From NCBI GenBank assembly GCA_951406725.2, contig OX597817.1, forward strand, positions 147,994,001 through 148,058,000: a stretch of DNA of 64,000 nt, written 5' to 3'. Both the position numbers and the translations under genes were made by a program. Position 1 is the first letter of the stretch; each line of letters opens with the position of its first letter. This document shows, one piece after another, positions 39,749-53,447 of the stretch. The notes beneath the pieces were generated by a model that was not told the DNA's origin, did not search any database, and was given only the letters and a program-made list of their open reading frames with translations. Source of the DNA: Octopus vulgaris (taxonomy: Eukaryota).

Positions 39749-41136
39749 TGTATACGTACGTGCATGTGCGTATGCGTGTGTTTATATACCTATATGTATA
39801 CATTTGGTACTATCTAAATCTGCAGTCAAGCCGGTCGCTAGCTGGACAGGGCTGGTTTGCGTAAGGATGGTGCTGCTTTGCGTAATTAAAGTGAACTCTT
39901 GGGCATGGTGTATGTTTGAATTACTTATCTGTGTACATAGGAATATGTGGATAAGATTGTCCTGATATATTGCATATCACTTTTATCTCAAAAAGTACAT
40001 GTCATTATATTCCGTGAACGGTTTTTGTTAGGCATAAAAATGCGCAATACATTTAGTGGCTAACCTCCAATTTCGATCGGTGTTTCACAGAATTAAACCC
40101 CTGACCACCGCATCCAATGGCGTGTCAAGACTAGTTCAGATCCCTGATTTTGCGCATCTCTACCTGTTATCATGTTGTAGATTCTTTTGATATCCAGGAA
40201 TGTTCGCAAGGCAGTAACATCTTCCAGTTTGTTTACAATATTTTCATCGTCGCCATGGCGAATCACCATCATGCTAAAAACAAACGATGGATGTGTGGAT
40301 GTGTGGAAGTTCAATCTCATCAATTTCGCTTTTCACACCTCATATGCTCTCTGGCACCAACCTGCTATCATCAAAGCAGTTCATCTACAATTGGCCAACA
40401 CACGTAGTCTGATGTTATACCTGTTGCTGTCTCCAACCGCATTGTCCACACATTCCCTACCTGAACCATATACTTCTTCACTAAGATCCACTAGCACGAA
40501 CATCTCTGCCACTCCATCATCTCCGCCTACATCCATATGCTCACTCTTCCCACAACCACGATACTAACTCCGTCTTGCTCAGGCCCATTAGGGCCTTCTT
40601 TGTACTATGGACATCAACAATTGACATAACATTATCTCTCAGTGCCTTCAAGTAATCCAATTTCTTACGCAACAAGCCCTATCCTACCACTGCTACTCAG
40701 CATGTTTCACCGATATAATCCTCTCTTTCACTTGTTTTACGTTTTCAGGCGACGTCGACGAAGAGCTCATACGGGTTGCTCTCCCCTCTCTCATGCTCCT
40801 CTGCCTACTTCCATATTGAAGCGTACAAATATTACATCTTTCCAACTTTGTTTATGTTTTCATGTGTGTACGTGCGTTTGTGTGTGCAAGAGAAGATGCC
40901 TGAAGTGCGACACAAATTACCATGTTAAGTAGAGGAACGGAATTCATGCTGCATTAAAGTCCTACAGAGTTATGATGCAACAAGAGGCTCATCAATATAT
41001 ATTAAGTAGAAAGTATCACTTATAGTTTTAAAGGATTACGACAGTATCGGTTTTTGATAACTCTGACCAAGCAACAGCAGTTCATGCTATGACAAGAGAA
41101 ATAGATAGATACACACACACACACACGTACACATAT

Positions 41137-41180
<44 letters not shown>

Positions 41181-41327
41181 GAATATATGTCATCGCGATG
41201 CTATATTAAAATATTTAATAGTCCATTCTTTTATCTATGTCATATTCTGGGTATAACATTCGTATTTGATTATTTCATTTGGACAGAAAGTCATAGTGAC
41301 GAATACCGTTTTGTGCATATTCAGCGA

Positions 41328-41377
<50 letters not shown>

Positions 41378-42959
41378 CCATGATTGATCGCTAGCCACTA
41401 AACCTTTTTTATATCCTCTCTCTGTTTATTTCTGTGTTCATTTCTGTCGCAGAGCGTAGACTCGAAATGCAAAAGACTTTCTCACTTCCCGAGCGTTAAA
41501 CTATTACATCTGTTTGTTGTTTACACATCCGTCTTCGTCTTTTGTTTTGTCTTTTTTTTTTGCAAATTCCGACTATATATATATATACAAGCATTATGAC
41601 CCGTCGTTGGCGGGTCATAGTGCTAGTGCATGTATATATGTGTATATATATGTGTACATATTACATGTACATCTATATATATATACATCTACACATAAAA
41701 TACAAAATACAAATTTATATCTTGATATCGCTAGTGATAACAATACCCAACATATATAACAGACTGGAATTGTAGGCCCGTCTCTTGTAATTTCGATCAA
41801 TTGTATCTTGTCCTCCCTCTTGTATAGAAGTGTGGCTACAATCTAGCCTACCTCTACTTCGGGGGGGGGGGGGGTATTTTAAATTTTTATCCGGGACGTC
41901 CTACGTCCCAGATATAAAGGTAAAAATAAAATATTTCCACTTTACAAGGTTCGAGTCGAGTACTCCGTTGCACGCTCTTTTGACTCGAACCTTGCTTCTA
42001 TTGTGGCGAATTTACCGCCTCTGATTAGATATCTTTCATAGTCGTACCAAGACACTTTTCAATGGTGCTTTCCTCCAGGTGTTCAAATCTTTTTTTTTTC
42101 TCTACATTGCATACTTTATAGACAATAGTCTTTTCTTTAATTCAATTTTTTTATTGCGTTTGGTGGTGTTATCCTAGATTCACCGTCTTTGTCGGTGATC
42201 AATGCGAAATGAGTTTGTATTTCTTCCATTTTAATTTTAATGAGTTCGCGCCCGCCGACGGTTGCAGCGCAATTCATTTTGGGACTTTCTTCAATCGAAG
42301 GCATTCTAACTAAAATGCTTCCGTGTAAACGGTGAAAATATTGTCAATTTCCTCAAACAGGGACACAATTCAATTTTTAAACAATAACCGAAGCTCCTTC
42401 TCCCAAAGGTGGAGGGTTACAGTTTAGAATTATTTAACAAATGCAACACAACCACGTTTCCCTTACGAGGAACCAACAAACGTGATAACAATAGTTAAAA
42501 AGTAATAATAATAACAACAAACCTTACGGTGAATCAAAAAGCAGTACGCAGTTGAAGCTATAGTCATTTATGTATAAGAAATAAACCAACACATTACTCA
42601 GTAGGAGCGGCTGTTCGAGAAAACAGACATTACATACAGCCAAACTTCATATAGATACTAAATGCTAGCTAATTAGCAGATAATCTAATGTAAAAGCCGT
42701 GGTAAAAGGTATGTACACACCTCCATCTGGACTATTCCATTTCTGCACACTAATTTCATTTTTAATTTATTCCCATTCATGTGAAACCACTTATTCAAGT
42801 TCAAGTCATTGATGCAATTTTATACCAATTGCTATTTTTACTCTTGTTATCTTACGATTATATTGTAATTTAGTTTGATTTTAATTAATATTTACTACAT
42901 ATAATTCAATTGTTATTATTATCTCTAATTTTTATCGTTAAAGTGAAAGTATCTGACAT

Positions 42960-43215
42960 AAAATAGAGGAATGTTTTTGTTTCAATTTTAACACGTAGTA
43001 CTGAAATAGTGGAGAAGATATGATATTGCTATGGGCTCGCCCTAGGCAAGAAGTTGAATATTTTTTTGCCCATGAAACTACAAGGACCCTAAGTAAAGCA
43101 TGTGTAAAATTTGAATGAAGTTGGTTGCGTAGTCCTCAAGTTTTAGGGATTAACACAGACAGACACCTAGACAGACACGCACAGACAAACTGCCGTTTAT
43201 ATATAGAGAGATATA
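42960..43215 (-). mobile_element. Non-autonomous Helitron-like 5' end (left limit uncertain)
   Basis: Minus strand begins TCTCTCTATATATAAAC followed by (TGTC)n, similar to the 18738 terminus. Confidence 0.5.
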
Positions 43216-43224
43216 GATATACTA

Positions 43225-45070
43225 GGAAGGGATTAGCATTAGCTAAGGACTTGGAGGAAGCAATGGAATCTGGTTTTGCAGCTCAGGTGACGGTCAAGAG
43301 ACTGGCGTTAAACCAGCATCTCGAAGCCCAACATATGTGTTGCATTGTTGGAGTCAGGTTCGTACATTGGGTTGTGAAGGAATTAAGGCAGCAGGATGGG
43401 CCCGAGTGGTGGAAGCCCAACGTCGATGGCACAATTCGATCTTTGATGAACCAAAGAGGTAAGTTGATAAATGAGCCCGGAGCGATGCGTCTGGTCTTTC
43501 AGGAGCACTTCACCCAGCTTTACGGGGTGGGGGAAGCGGACCGGACAGTAAGAGGGACCTAATGGATTTCCTCGCCGGGCTGCCGCGCTTCTCGTAGCTT
43601 GACGCGGAGTGTTTTGAAGGACCGATCACGCCTAGGGAGGTAATTGAGGCTATGACGCACAGCGACGCGGTTAAGGCACCGGGACTGGATGGTCTACCCT
43701 ATGAACTGGAAAAGAGTATGCCAGACTTGTTCGGGCACCTGCTGGCGAATGACTACGCGAACTGGCAGCAGAATGGGTTCATTCCCAGATCTGTGCGCCG
43801 GGGAGCGGTGAGGCTTGTCAGAAAGGACCCGAACAAGGGGGGACTGCATTGATAATTTTTGGCCTATCACTGTGCTAAACACAGAGTTGAAGATTTTGGC
43901 CAAAGTGTTTTCGAAAAGATTGGCGCGTGTCGCGGATGACTTGATCGGGAATGCACAGGCATGTGCCGTTTCCAGGTAGAACCATTCAGGATAATCTCCA
44001 TCTTCTACAGTAAACTGTAGAAGGGTTTCATAATGATTTTTGCAAGGGAGTGACAGTGGTCGATTTAGACCAATCAAAGGCTTTTGATAGGGTAGACCAC
44101 CATTACCTGGTGTCTGTTCTGGCACAGTTCGGCCTGGGTATTAGCTTCCTCAGGTGGATCATTGAAATTTATAACAACATCGACTCCGTAGTTCGGGTGA
44201 ACGGCTTTATATCTAAGCCGCTCAGCTTCAAACGCTCGGTTCGTCAAGAGCGTCATCTCTCCCCGCATTTGTATGTAATGTCTCTTGATCCATTGCTGCG
44301 AAAATTGAGCCAGGGAGAGCAGAGGTGGCCAATGTGTTCATCGCATCGGTCATCACCTACCGCCTAACCGTCGTTCCCTGTCCTGATTTGTAGTTGAGCA
44401 AGTTGGAAAGACAGCTCTTCCGATTCTTGTGGAAGGGTTCGAATACGCTTGTGAGACGCTCTATTTGCTGCCAACAACCGTTAAAGGGTCGGCTAGGGAT
44501 GACGTGGCTGATGATGCGCAGGCACGCGCTGAGGTTGAAGCATCTGTGGCTCCATCTGGATGGTGATCGGGTGTGGTCTCCGCTGGCGAAACAGCCGTTT
44601 CCCAAGTTCACTTGCTTCGGTGGACTGGAGATCTGGTTCTATCGTAGATCGAAGTTGGGTACATGGTGTACAGAGTGTCGTAAGGCTCTCCGGATATTCC
44701 ATCTCTCGGGCAACACCTGCAGTAGTGTTTCTATCACATTCTTCTATAGAGGGTTGTTAGAGGCGAAATATGACGATAGCTTGGGGAAGTCCTAGGTCTC
44801 GACAATAATCAGCTGGCCAATCTGTTCCAACGTACATTCGGGCCGAAGACACTGGATAACTTCCAGACGTCTTTGGCATGGCAAAGTTACCGAGGAGCCT
44901 TACCTGTCCGGGACAAACTCGCAATCATGGTGGCCCTAACCCACCGACCTGTCCAAGATGTGGGCGAGTCAGGGAAACCGTCCTGCATGCTATTGTTCAG
45001 TGTTCGGTGGGTTCAGATGTGTGGGTTTATGCCGAACAACTATTGTCTAGTACAGGAAGAGTACTGGAGA
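43225..45070 (+). mobile_element. L1/Tx1-clade LINE ORF2 relic, internally deleted
   Basis: KAPGLDGLPYE, PITVLNTELKILAKV, DLDQSKAFDRVDH.YL, SVRQ..LSP.LY, FRFLWKG, CPRCG..ETVLHAIVQC. Confidence 0.9.
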
Positions 45071-45156
45071 ACGTTTACTTTATCATGCAAATAATAGCTT
45101 ATGGGAATATTCCATTATGTACTGATGTACTATTATAACCAAGGAATACTTATATA

Positions 45157-46320
45157 CACTGCGGAAAGTAAATTCAAGACCGATGATAAAGGTTCTATTT
45201 CTTATAAATTGATATAAATGCTAAATTAATATAAACGTTTCAAATTTACCGGCAAAATTAGTTGAAGACCGTATCATTATAATTTTATTTAAAGCTTAAT
45301 ATTGTAGCAAAAATTAGCAACAAGAACGAAATACATATTAGTACTTTGTGTTGTAGTCTTCAGTTCTAACCTCGGCATTGAATTCGCTAAGCGATTACAA
45401 AATTCTATGGGAATGTTTTGCCATATTTCATTGATATAATCGAATAACTGTTTTAGATTAGATGGATTTAGATTAGATTAGATGGATTTAGGTTCGGGCT
45501 CTGGAGTGGCCATTTGATTACGTCAATATCATGGTGATCAAAGAATTCCATATCCCTTTTGGATTTGTGCACAGGACAATTGTCCTGCTGATAAATATCC
45601 CCCGGAGGCATTTGCTGAGTCAAATATGGCACATTATTCTTTATTAGATTCATAAAACATACACCATATATCTTTCCATCAACTTTAACTAGAGGCCAAC
45701 ACCAAAGCTACTAAATGCCGCCCACACCATCACCCCACCCCCCGTTTGCGTCGTCTTTTTCACGCATTTCGGATGGAATTCCTCAGTTGGGCGACGTCTG
45801 ACATATGTTTTACCATCTGATCCAAATATTCAGAAGCGTGACTCGTCACTCCAAAGGACCCTGCACCAATCTTCAGCTGTCCATTGAGCATGGCTTTTTG
45901 CGAAATTAAGACGTTTGAGTCAACTTTTTCGGATATTATTGGCTTTTTCCTAGCGATTCGTCTATGTAGTCCAAATTCTCTCAAACGGTTGCGGACGGTT
46001 TATGGTGTAAAAATAACACCGTTCTCGTTGGACAATTGTTTACAAATGTCAACGTCTGTCAGCATTCAGTTGTCATCCGAAAGTCAAGAAATGCCTCAAG
46101 GAGCTTATCATCAAACTCAACTGGACGTCCTGTTCGATATTCATCTTCAATTTTGCAAACGATCTCCTGCAAGTTCTTTCATTCAAGCACTTTCCCATAA
46201 ACTGAGTGTATGTTTCGAGTCACTTCGGCTGCAGAGTTACCTTTATTGTACTCATAAAGAATTATATGTGCCTTAAATTCTCCTTGGATACTTCCATGTT
46301 GAAAGGGTTTTAATCAAAGT
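45157..46320 (-). mobile_element. Tc1-type transposase relic preceded by a mariner-type N-terminus
   Basis: TA|CACTGCGG terminus; TVRNRLREFGLHRRIARKKP, YQQDNCPVHKS, WPLQSPNLNP; upstream MEVSKENLRHI.LYEYNKGNSAAE..RTGRPVEFDD. Confidence 0.8.
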
Positions 46321-46326
46321 AATTTT

Positions 46327-47663
46327 AGGTTGTCCACGAAGTCTGGGTACATGGAATAAAGCCGTAACATAAACAAATAAATATAAGAAATAATAATTTT
46401 CCTTTTTTACTTTTGTTTAAATTAAATAAAAAAAATTTACTTTTCTAAATTTATTTATTATTTTTTCTACAGATGATCGAATGATGGCTATGTCTAAAGA
46501 AGAAAGAATCCCAGATCGAATGATGGATCTGTCTAAAGAAGCAGGAATTGAGTTAGTATTATTAAGTGGACGAGAGGGATGGTCTTATCGCAAAATTGCG
46601 GAAGAATTTAATCTTCGACACCCTTATAGGCAACCTATTTATTTTACTGCCGTCGGGAAATTGATCAAGAAATTTAAAGAAACAAGCAGTGTTTTGGCTA
46701 AACCCCGTTCCGGGCGACCAAAGACTTCGGATGAAACGAAAGAGGCTGTCATGGCTAAAGTTTCTGCTAGCCCAAAGAAATCACTTCGTCGGACATCCAC
46801 GGTGTTTGGTGTTCCAAAACCAACCATCCACAAAATGCTGGTTGAGGAAAAGTTTCATCGATACAACCTACAGATATTGCATCACTAAAATGAAGACAAC
46901 CCTGTTAGACGAATGTAGACGTGCGAATGGTTTTCAGATAAATTGGATGGAAATATCAATTTTACGAAAAACTTTGTGTTGTTCAGTGACAAAGCTACGT
47001 TTTATGTAAATGGTGAGGTCAACAGACAGAATCTTCTATACTGGTCTCGAGGTAATCCATATTGGATGGATTCATCCAAACAGCAAGGCAGCAAAAAGGT
47101 GATGGTGTGGTGTGGTGTGGTTTGTGGAAAGCTCATGTTCTATGACCCTTCTTCATTGAACATGTAACGGATGAAACTTATGTAAACATATTGAGAGACA
47201 AATTAATATCTCAAATTGAGCGCCTATGCGAGGACCTTCCGAATTGGTTTCAGCAGGATGGGGCCTCTACCCATTTTGCCACAACTGTTAGAGATTGACT
47301 TTATGACACTTTTCCTCACTGGATTGGAAGAAGAGGTCATATGGAATGGTCCCCTCGTTCACCAGAACTTTCTCCCCTTGATTTCATTTTCTGGGGTATG
47401 TTGAAAGAGAAAGTTTAGTCAATAAAGATTACAGATTTAAAACACATGAGAGAACGCATTACCAGTCAGTGTGCTGAAATTGATGGCAATGTAGACATAT
47501 TTAATCAAGTTCACCTGAATTTTGCAAGGCGCATCAAGTTATGCATTGAAAATGATGGAAATCACTTTGAAAATATTATTTATTAACATTATAATTAAAT
47601 AAAATTGTTTTGTTTTAAAAGTATGTGTTAATACCCATGAACGCAGACTTTGTGGACACCCTC
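46327..47663 (+). mobile_element. Near-complete Tc1/mariner element, DD40D (rosa/DD41D-related), inactivated
   Basis: TIRs GTGTCCAC.AAGTCTG.GT.CATGG at both ends; KFKETSSV..KPRSGRP, FSDKATF, FQQDG-40 residues-D in WIGRRG..WSPRSPELSPLDF; several stops. Confidence 0.9.
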
Positions 47664-49029
47664 TATTATTTTGTAAAACAATATTGAATTAGTTTAAACG
47701 TACACAAATGTATAAAAATAACTTTAATTGAATTAGACATTTGAAAATACTAATTTCCTTCAAATCTAAAAAAAAAGGTAAAATTGGACAGAACTGATTG
47801 GATGACTTGATATATATAATCTATGATATTCTAGTAGGTTTCAAGTTTATAACACCTTGATATCTCATGTTATCTCATTTTATATGCCTAAGACGTTTAT
47901 TTTCTATTCTGGATTTTATATATTTCTACACATTATATTTGTATGTATAATTTATTTTAAGCCGAAACATAATACGATCCTTGTACGAAGGAAAGAACAA
48001 GAATGTCCTCTGGAAATTTTGTCTTCAACCGGTGTTTGTAATCGATGGTAACATGTGCGATGATTTTGCGATTATCTTCTATTTTACAGAGAGATTGGAA
48101 GCCTCGAATGTAAGCCACCACTTTATGCATAATTCAATATTTATAGTTCTCTTTCTAAATGAAATTCTGTCCTCAATAATTATAGATCTCTATTTCTAAA
48201 TGTAATTTTTTTCTTCTCGTTCAACTTAAGACGCATTCTTGTCTGTCTCTTGACAAAGCTTTCTTTCTCCAGCGTTCACCAGTTCACCTCGTTAGGGTTA
48301 AACTGCTCATACCGAATGTTTTCACTGCCTTGTTTTTGTTAGCAGCTTTGACGCTCCACATATCTAAAATTTTATTTAATTTGCTTTGGGGGAGCAATTG
48401 CTTTGACGAAGACGCATTTAGTTGCAATGCTCGCAATGCGGAGTATGGAAAACTGCCAACAATTGAGGAAGGGTTGTTATTCTTTATGCTGCCTTCACGC
48501 TATAGTTCTCTCAATATAATTGAAATCCTTTCTTTCTTGCCAAGCCAAGCCAAGCCGAGCCCTTTGTAATAGTAATACCAATGCCATAGCGTCGACTGTG
48601 GGCCTGTAGCTGTGTACAGTTTGGCTATAGCCCGGTAGAATAGTTACTTGGCTTACAAAAGAATAAGCCGTGGCGTCGATTTGTTCGATCAGAGGCGCTG
48701 CTCCAGCATGGGCGCAGTCAAATGACTGAAAGAAGTAGAGGGAAATAGAAGAAAATACCGAAGTTCAATACGTTAAAAAATCATTTTATAGTTCACGTTT
48801 AGCAACTTGTGCTGCTATGTATGCGTATAACAATCCGGGTTCAGGGAAGGGAGCAGGTAAAATCCAGGCTACACATGTTTGCTAGCCAGCAGGACCTAGG
48901 AAGTAACAATTACGCGATGAGAGGTATTCCACTAGCTACGTATCAGGCCGTCGTCAAGGGATCCCAAGTTAACTCGTTGGACATTTGTTCGAAAATTTGA
49001 ATTTTGTATATTAGTATATATACATACAA

Positions 49030-49068
<39 letters not shown>

Positions 49069-49069
<1 letters not shown>

Positions 49070-49321
49070 TAGCAGTATCGCCCGGCGATGCGATTTGTTT
49101 AGACCCTTTAGAATTGGGATTTTTGAAAAGCAAAATTTTGGCAGTTATTCTCTTTAAGTGAAATACACCAAAAATGGCGACAGAGCAATCAAAACATCGT
49201 AAAAAATAGGGATGTTCATAGAAAAAAGGTACGTTTTTGATGTAAATAATTGTTGGTGTTAACTTGGTCCGATTTGAATTTCTTCTTCTACGGAAGGAAG
49301 AGTTAGCCTTCTTCTATCATA

Positions 49322-49326
<5 letters not shown>
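49069..49326 (-). mobile_element. Helitron-like 3' end fragment in (TA)n
   Basis: A|CTAGCAGTATCGCCCGGCG, the reverse complement of hairpin + CTAG|T. Confidence 0.55.
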
Positions 49327-49376
<50 letters not shown>

Positions 49377-49599
49377 TTAAAAAAGGAGATGTGGAACACG
49401 AGTTGTGATATATAAAAAAAGGAAATGAAGAAAATGCTGACAAAATAATTTAGTAAGGGAGAGTGTATTTAATTAGGTGAATGTTAAAACCCACAGAGTA
49501 AAGCCGTTTGGTAAATATTGGCCTTGATCTCCCCTGTTCATGCACATTAAGTTTTAACGTTCTAGTTCAATTCTGCAGTTTACAGCAGGGCTTGGAATG

Positions 49600-50275
49600 A
49601 AAGAATGAAACGTGTGATTGTCGCATTGACTATGACAGAGAAAATTGTCAATGCAATACCTGCTCAGAGACCGAAGCAAACTCACAGAAAGTAGTGTATG
49701 GAGGGGAGTGTATGAACCGCACACAAGTGTATGAGTGGTTCAAACGTTTCCAAGAAAGGCCCTAAGAAATGTCGATAATGACGAACATTCTAGGAGTGAG
49801 AACACCATGGCAGATGTGCGTGTAGCTGTGAGATGAAATCGTCGAATTACCCTCCGTGAATTACCAGAGCATGTGTGGATTAGATACGGTTCAGTTCAGT
49901 CGATTATCATTGACGATTTTGATATGACCAAAAACCACTTGAGATTGAGGTGCACAAGATCACCTTGATAGTGACGAAAACAATGAAATATTTTGAAAAT
50001 TTGCGTAGGCCTCTGGAGCAGGTATCGCCAAGGTTTTGGCAAAATATGATGCAGGCTCTCTGCTTAATTTACTGTCATGGTCAATGCGACGATCACACAT
50101 TATACACCTTCCTTCTAAGCACTGCTGTAAACAGCGGAGGAATGCTAGAATTTAAAAATTAGTGCACATGCACAGCAGAGTTCAGGGTCAATCTGTGGTG
50201 TGCAGTTTCACTTTGCGCGCTTTAGCTTCGTTACTATGGCAACTTATTGATCGTTACTTATTGATCAAACCACGT
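49600..50275 (+). mobile_element. Second copy of the mariner derivative at 3241-4081
   Basis: VYGGECMNRTQVYEWFKRF; the right arm matches 3860-4081. Confidence 0.8.
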
Positions 50276-50346
50276 ATATATATGCATATATATTTCTGCC
50301 TTTAGGTTTTAAAATGCGAATTAACCACCCATATTATATACATATA

Positions 50347-51595
50347 TTGTGTAATTCCATAAATAATGCGGTTTTTTATACTTCTTTTATTTTACAAAAT
50401 TAAGATAAACAAAGTTGTTTTTTAATCTAAAATATACTCTCCTTCATTTTCTACAATGCTCTTCCATCTATCTGGTAGACTTGGATCGCCTCTCTTCCAA
50501 AACTCACTTGTCCGTGACGAAAATCACTCCCAGTGCTGTTCTGACATCGTCTACAAAATACCTATTTTCCCCCTCCAAATGGTTCTGAAGACAGCGGAAT
50601 AAATGATAATCAGATGGGGCACTGTCCGACGAATATGGTGAATGAGACAACGTTTCCCATTCAAATTGTTCCAGCATTTGGAATGTCATTCTTTCTGTAT
50701 GTAACTGAGTATTATACTGATGGAACACCTTTTGTCTTGAAACCAAAGATGGTCGCTTTTCTTCTAGTGCTAACTTAAGCCGATCAGGCTGTTCGCAGTA
50801 GATCTCTTTTGTTAACGTTTGGTTTGGGCTTAAAAACTTAAAGTACACTAAACCTTTCATATCCCACTAAACAGATAACAACTCTTTCGTTAGTCTGGAG
50901 TGCTGGTGTTTCTCCTTATTTACCCGATCCCCATAACTGCATTAAATATTATATAATTTTCCGTTGTGTTGTTGTCTTTATTGAACTCATAAAGCAAATA
51001 TGCCGAATATGCTCCTTTCTCACTTCCATTATAGCTTTGAAAAAATAACTGTTAAAATCAAACTGCACTCTTCAAAACGTACAATTTCTACCTGCTTTTA
51101 TAGCATGTTGATGCAGGTAGTTTATTCCGCCCCACCCGACTTTTAGTTCGTGCAACTGAAAAAAAACCCCATCAAGGTGCAGGAGTGGCTGTGTGGTAAG
51201 TAGAGTGTTTACCAACCACATGGTTCCGGGTTCAGTCCCACTGCGTGGCACCTTGGGCAAGTGTCTTCTACTATAGCCTCGGGCCGGCCAAAGCCTTGTG
51301 AGTGGATTTGGTAGACGAAAACTGAAAGAAGCCCGTCGTATATGTGTATATATGTGTGTGTGTTTGTGTGTCTGTGTTTGTTCCCCTAGCATCGCTTGAC
51401 AACCGATGCTGGTGTGTTTATGTCCCCGTAACTTAGCGGTTCGGCAAAAGAGACCGATAGAATAAGTATCGGGCTTACAAAAGAATAAGTCCCGGAGTCG
51501 AGTTGCTCGATTCAAGGCGGTGCTCCAGCATGGCCGCAGTCAAATGAATGAAACAAGTAAAAGAGTAATAAAAGATTATATATGGGATGACCCAA
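50347..51595 (-). mobile_element. mariner (DD34D type), internally deleted; one TIR split by a SINE
   Basis: HSPYSSDSAPSDYHLF; TIR TTGTGTAATTCCATAAATAATGCGG versus AAACCCCAT[SINE]TATATGGGATGACCCAA. Confidence 0.85.
51176..51575 (+). mobile_element. SINE family B, full length, nested in the mariner TIR
   Basis: Complete match to 29995-30397. Confidence 0.9.
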
Positions 51596-52815
51596 TATAT
51601 AGAAACAAAGAGATAACACCGCAAACAATACAAAGAATATATAATAAACTTCATTACCATACTTCTGTTTCTGCTGTAACATGTAGTCTACTATTATTTG
51701 AATCCCTGGGTAATAGCCTATGGCTTCACCAGAGCTTTGAATATGAAGTTGACTTTGTTTGGGAAAATTTTATTTTTAAATCATCCAAGTGATACAAATG
51801 AGGAAGTTAATGTTGATTTCTATGGAAAGATCTGTCTAAATCTAGAAAAAATTGGAAAAAATATGCAAATATACGCATGCGCTATACATATTAGAAAGTT
51901 TAAACAAGCAAGAGTAACATTATCTAATACATAAATAAGAGAGATACTGCTATTTCCAGTAAGTGGAGCAACTGCATCGGGGCTGTAAGTAACTGTGATA
52001 ACGAGCAAAATGTCTCAGACAACGATTTCAGAGTATACTTTATTGCTTGTTTGGGACAATTTTCTTTCTTTTTTATCGCTGATAGCTTTTCTTTATATTC
52101 GAATTGTAAATTCACTTAATTACAATTATTATCTGCTACGCATAATTAGCCTGGGCTTAACTACGTAGTTTTGTGCACAAATATCTACTGAGAAAATTTC
52201 CCGGAAATTCAAACGTAAACCCCAAATGAACGCCAAGTCACTTAGTTAAATAGGGATCATATTGACCTCACAGCCTTGCTCCCACAACCAGCTAAACACA
52301 CGGTGGAAGAGTTTTGATATAAATAACATGTTACGCGACGTCCATTCAGAAAAAAATAGTAACTTTGACATCTGAAATAAATTTGTGGCAACAGGAAGAT
52401 CAACAATTTGAAAAGTGTAATGATAAAATGTCTGGTAAAATGCTGAAGGATATATATCTTAATATTTGGTATGGTAAACAAGCTTACTCTGCTATTTAAC
52501 ATTATAACATGATGCATTTACATACACTGCATTGTAGCTTTAAGAGACTATTTACATTCACGTACATATTACCTTATACAAAACTATACAATATTTTAGT
52601 AACTTTGCATATATATAACATAAACACATAGACACATGGACATATATATGCATACAAACATATATATATATACATATATATGTATATATATATGTATATA
52701 TATATGTATATAAAACATAAATAATATATATGTATATATACACACACACACATGCATATATGAGTACAGGGCGTCACCAACAGTAAACAACATGAAATAC
52801 GGAAGCAAAAGAGTT

Positions 52816-52872
<57 letters not shown>

Positions 52873-53314
52873 CATATATATATATATGTATATATATATA
52901 TGTATTTATATATGTATATATATGTATGTATGTATGAATATATATATGCTATGTAATTTAACATACGTAGGAACTTCTAGAAATTGAAACATTTAGAGAA
53001 TCTTTTGGCAGTAATTTTTAACAGAATTTGTGATTTTCTAGTTTTTCTTCCTAGTTATCTTTCGTATGCTTGGCTGTATATCATCGATGATTGCGTATAC
53101 AACTGTCTAGTTGCTTCTGTATATCTCTTTCCTTAGCTCCCTCCCCGCACTTACAGCAATCTTTTTCCCTCCCTCTGTCTCCCACGCTCACTTGTATGAA
53201 TTCCTACATATACATATATATATATATATCGATATGTGTATGAATATATATTTACGTTTGTATGCATGCATACACACACACACTCACATATATATATATA
53301 TGTACATGCATATA

Positions 53315-53358
<44 letters not shown>

Positions 53359-53396
53359 CATATGTGTTTGTGTATATATATGTATATATATGTATA

Positions 53397-53447
<51 letters not shown>

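Noticed and set aside
40100-40830. C-rich region with ORFs of 76-126 aa
   Set aside because: Probably a very old LINE fragment, but no diagnostic motif could be read
41440-41480. GAGCGTAGACTCGAAA, a hammerhead-like stem II
   Set aside because: Core and cleavage triplet too degenerate to call
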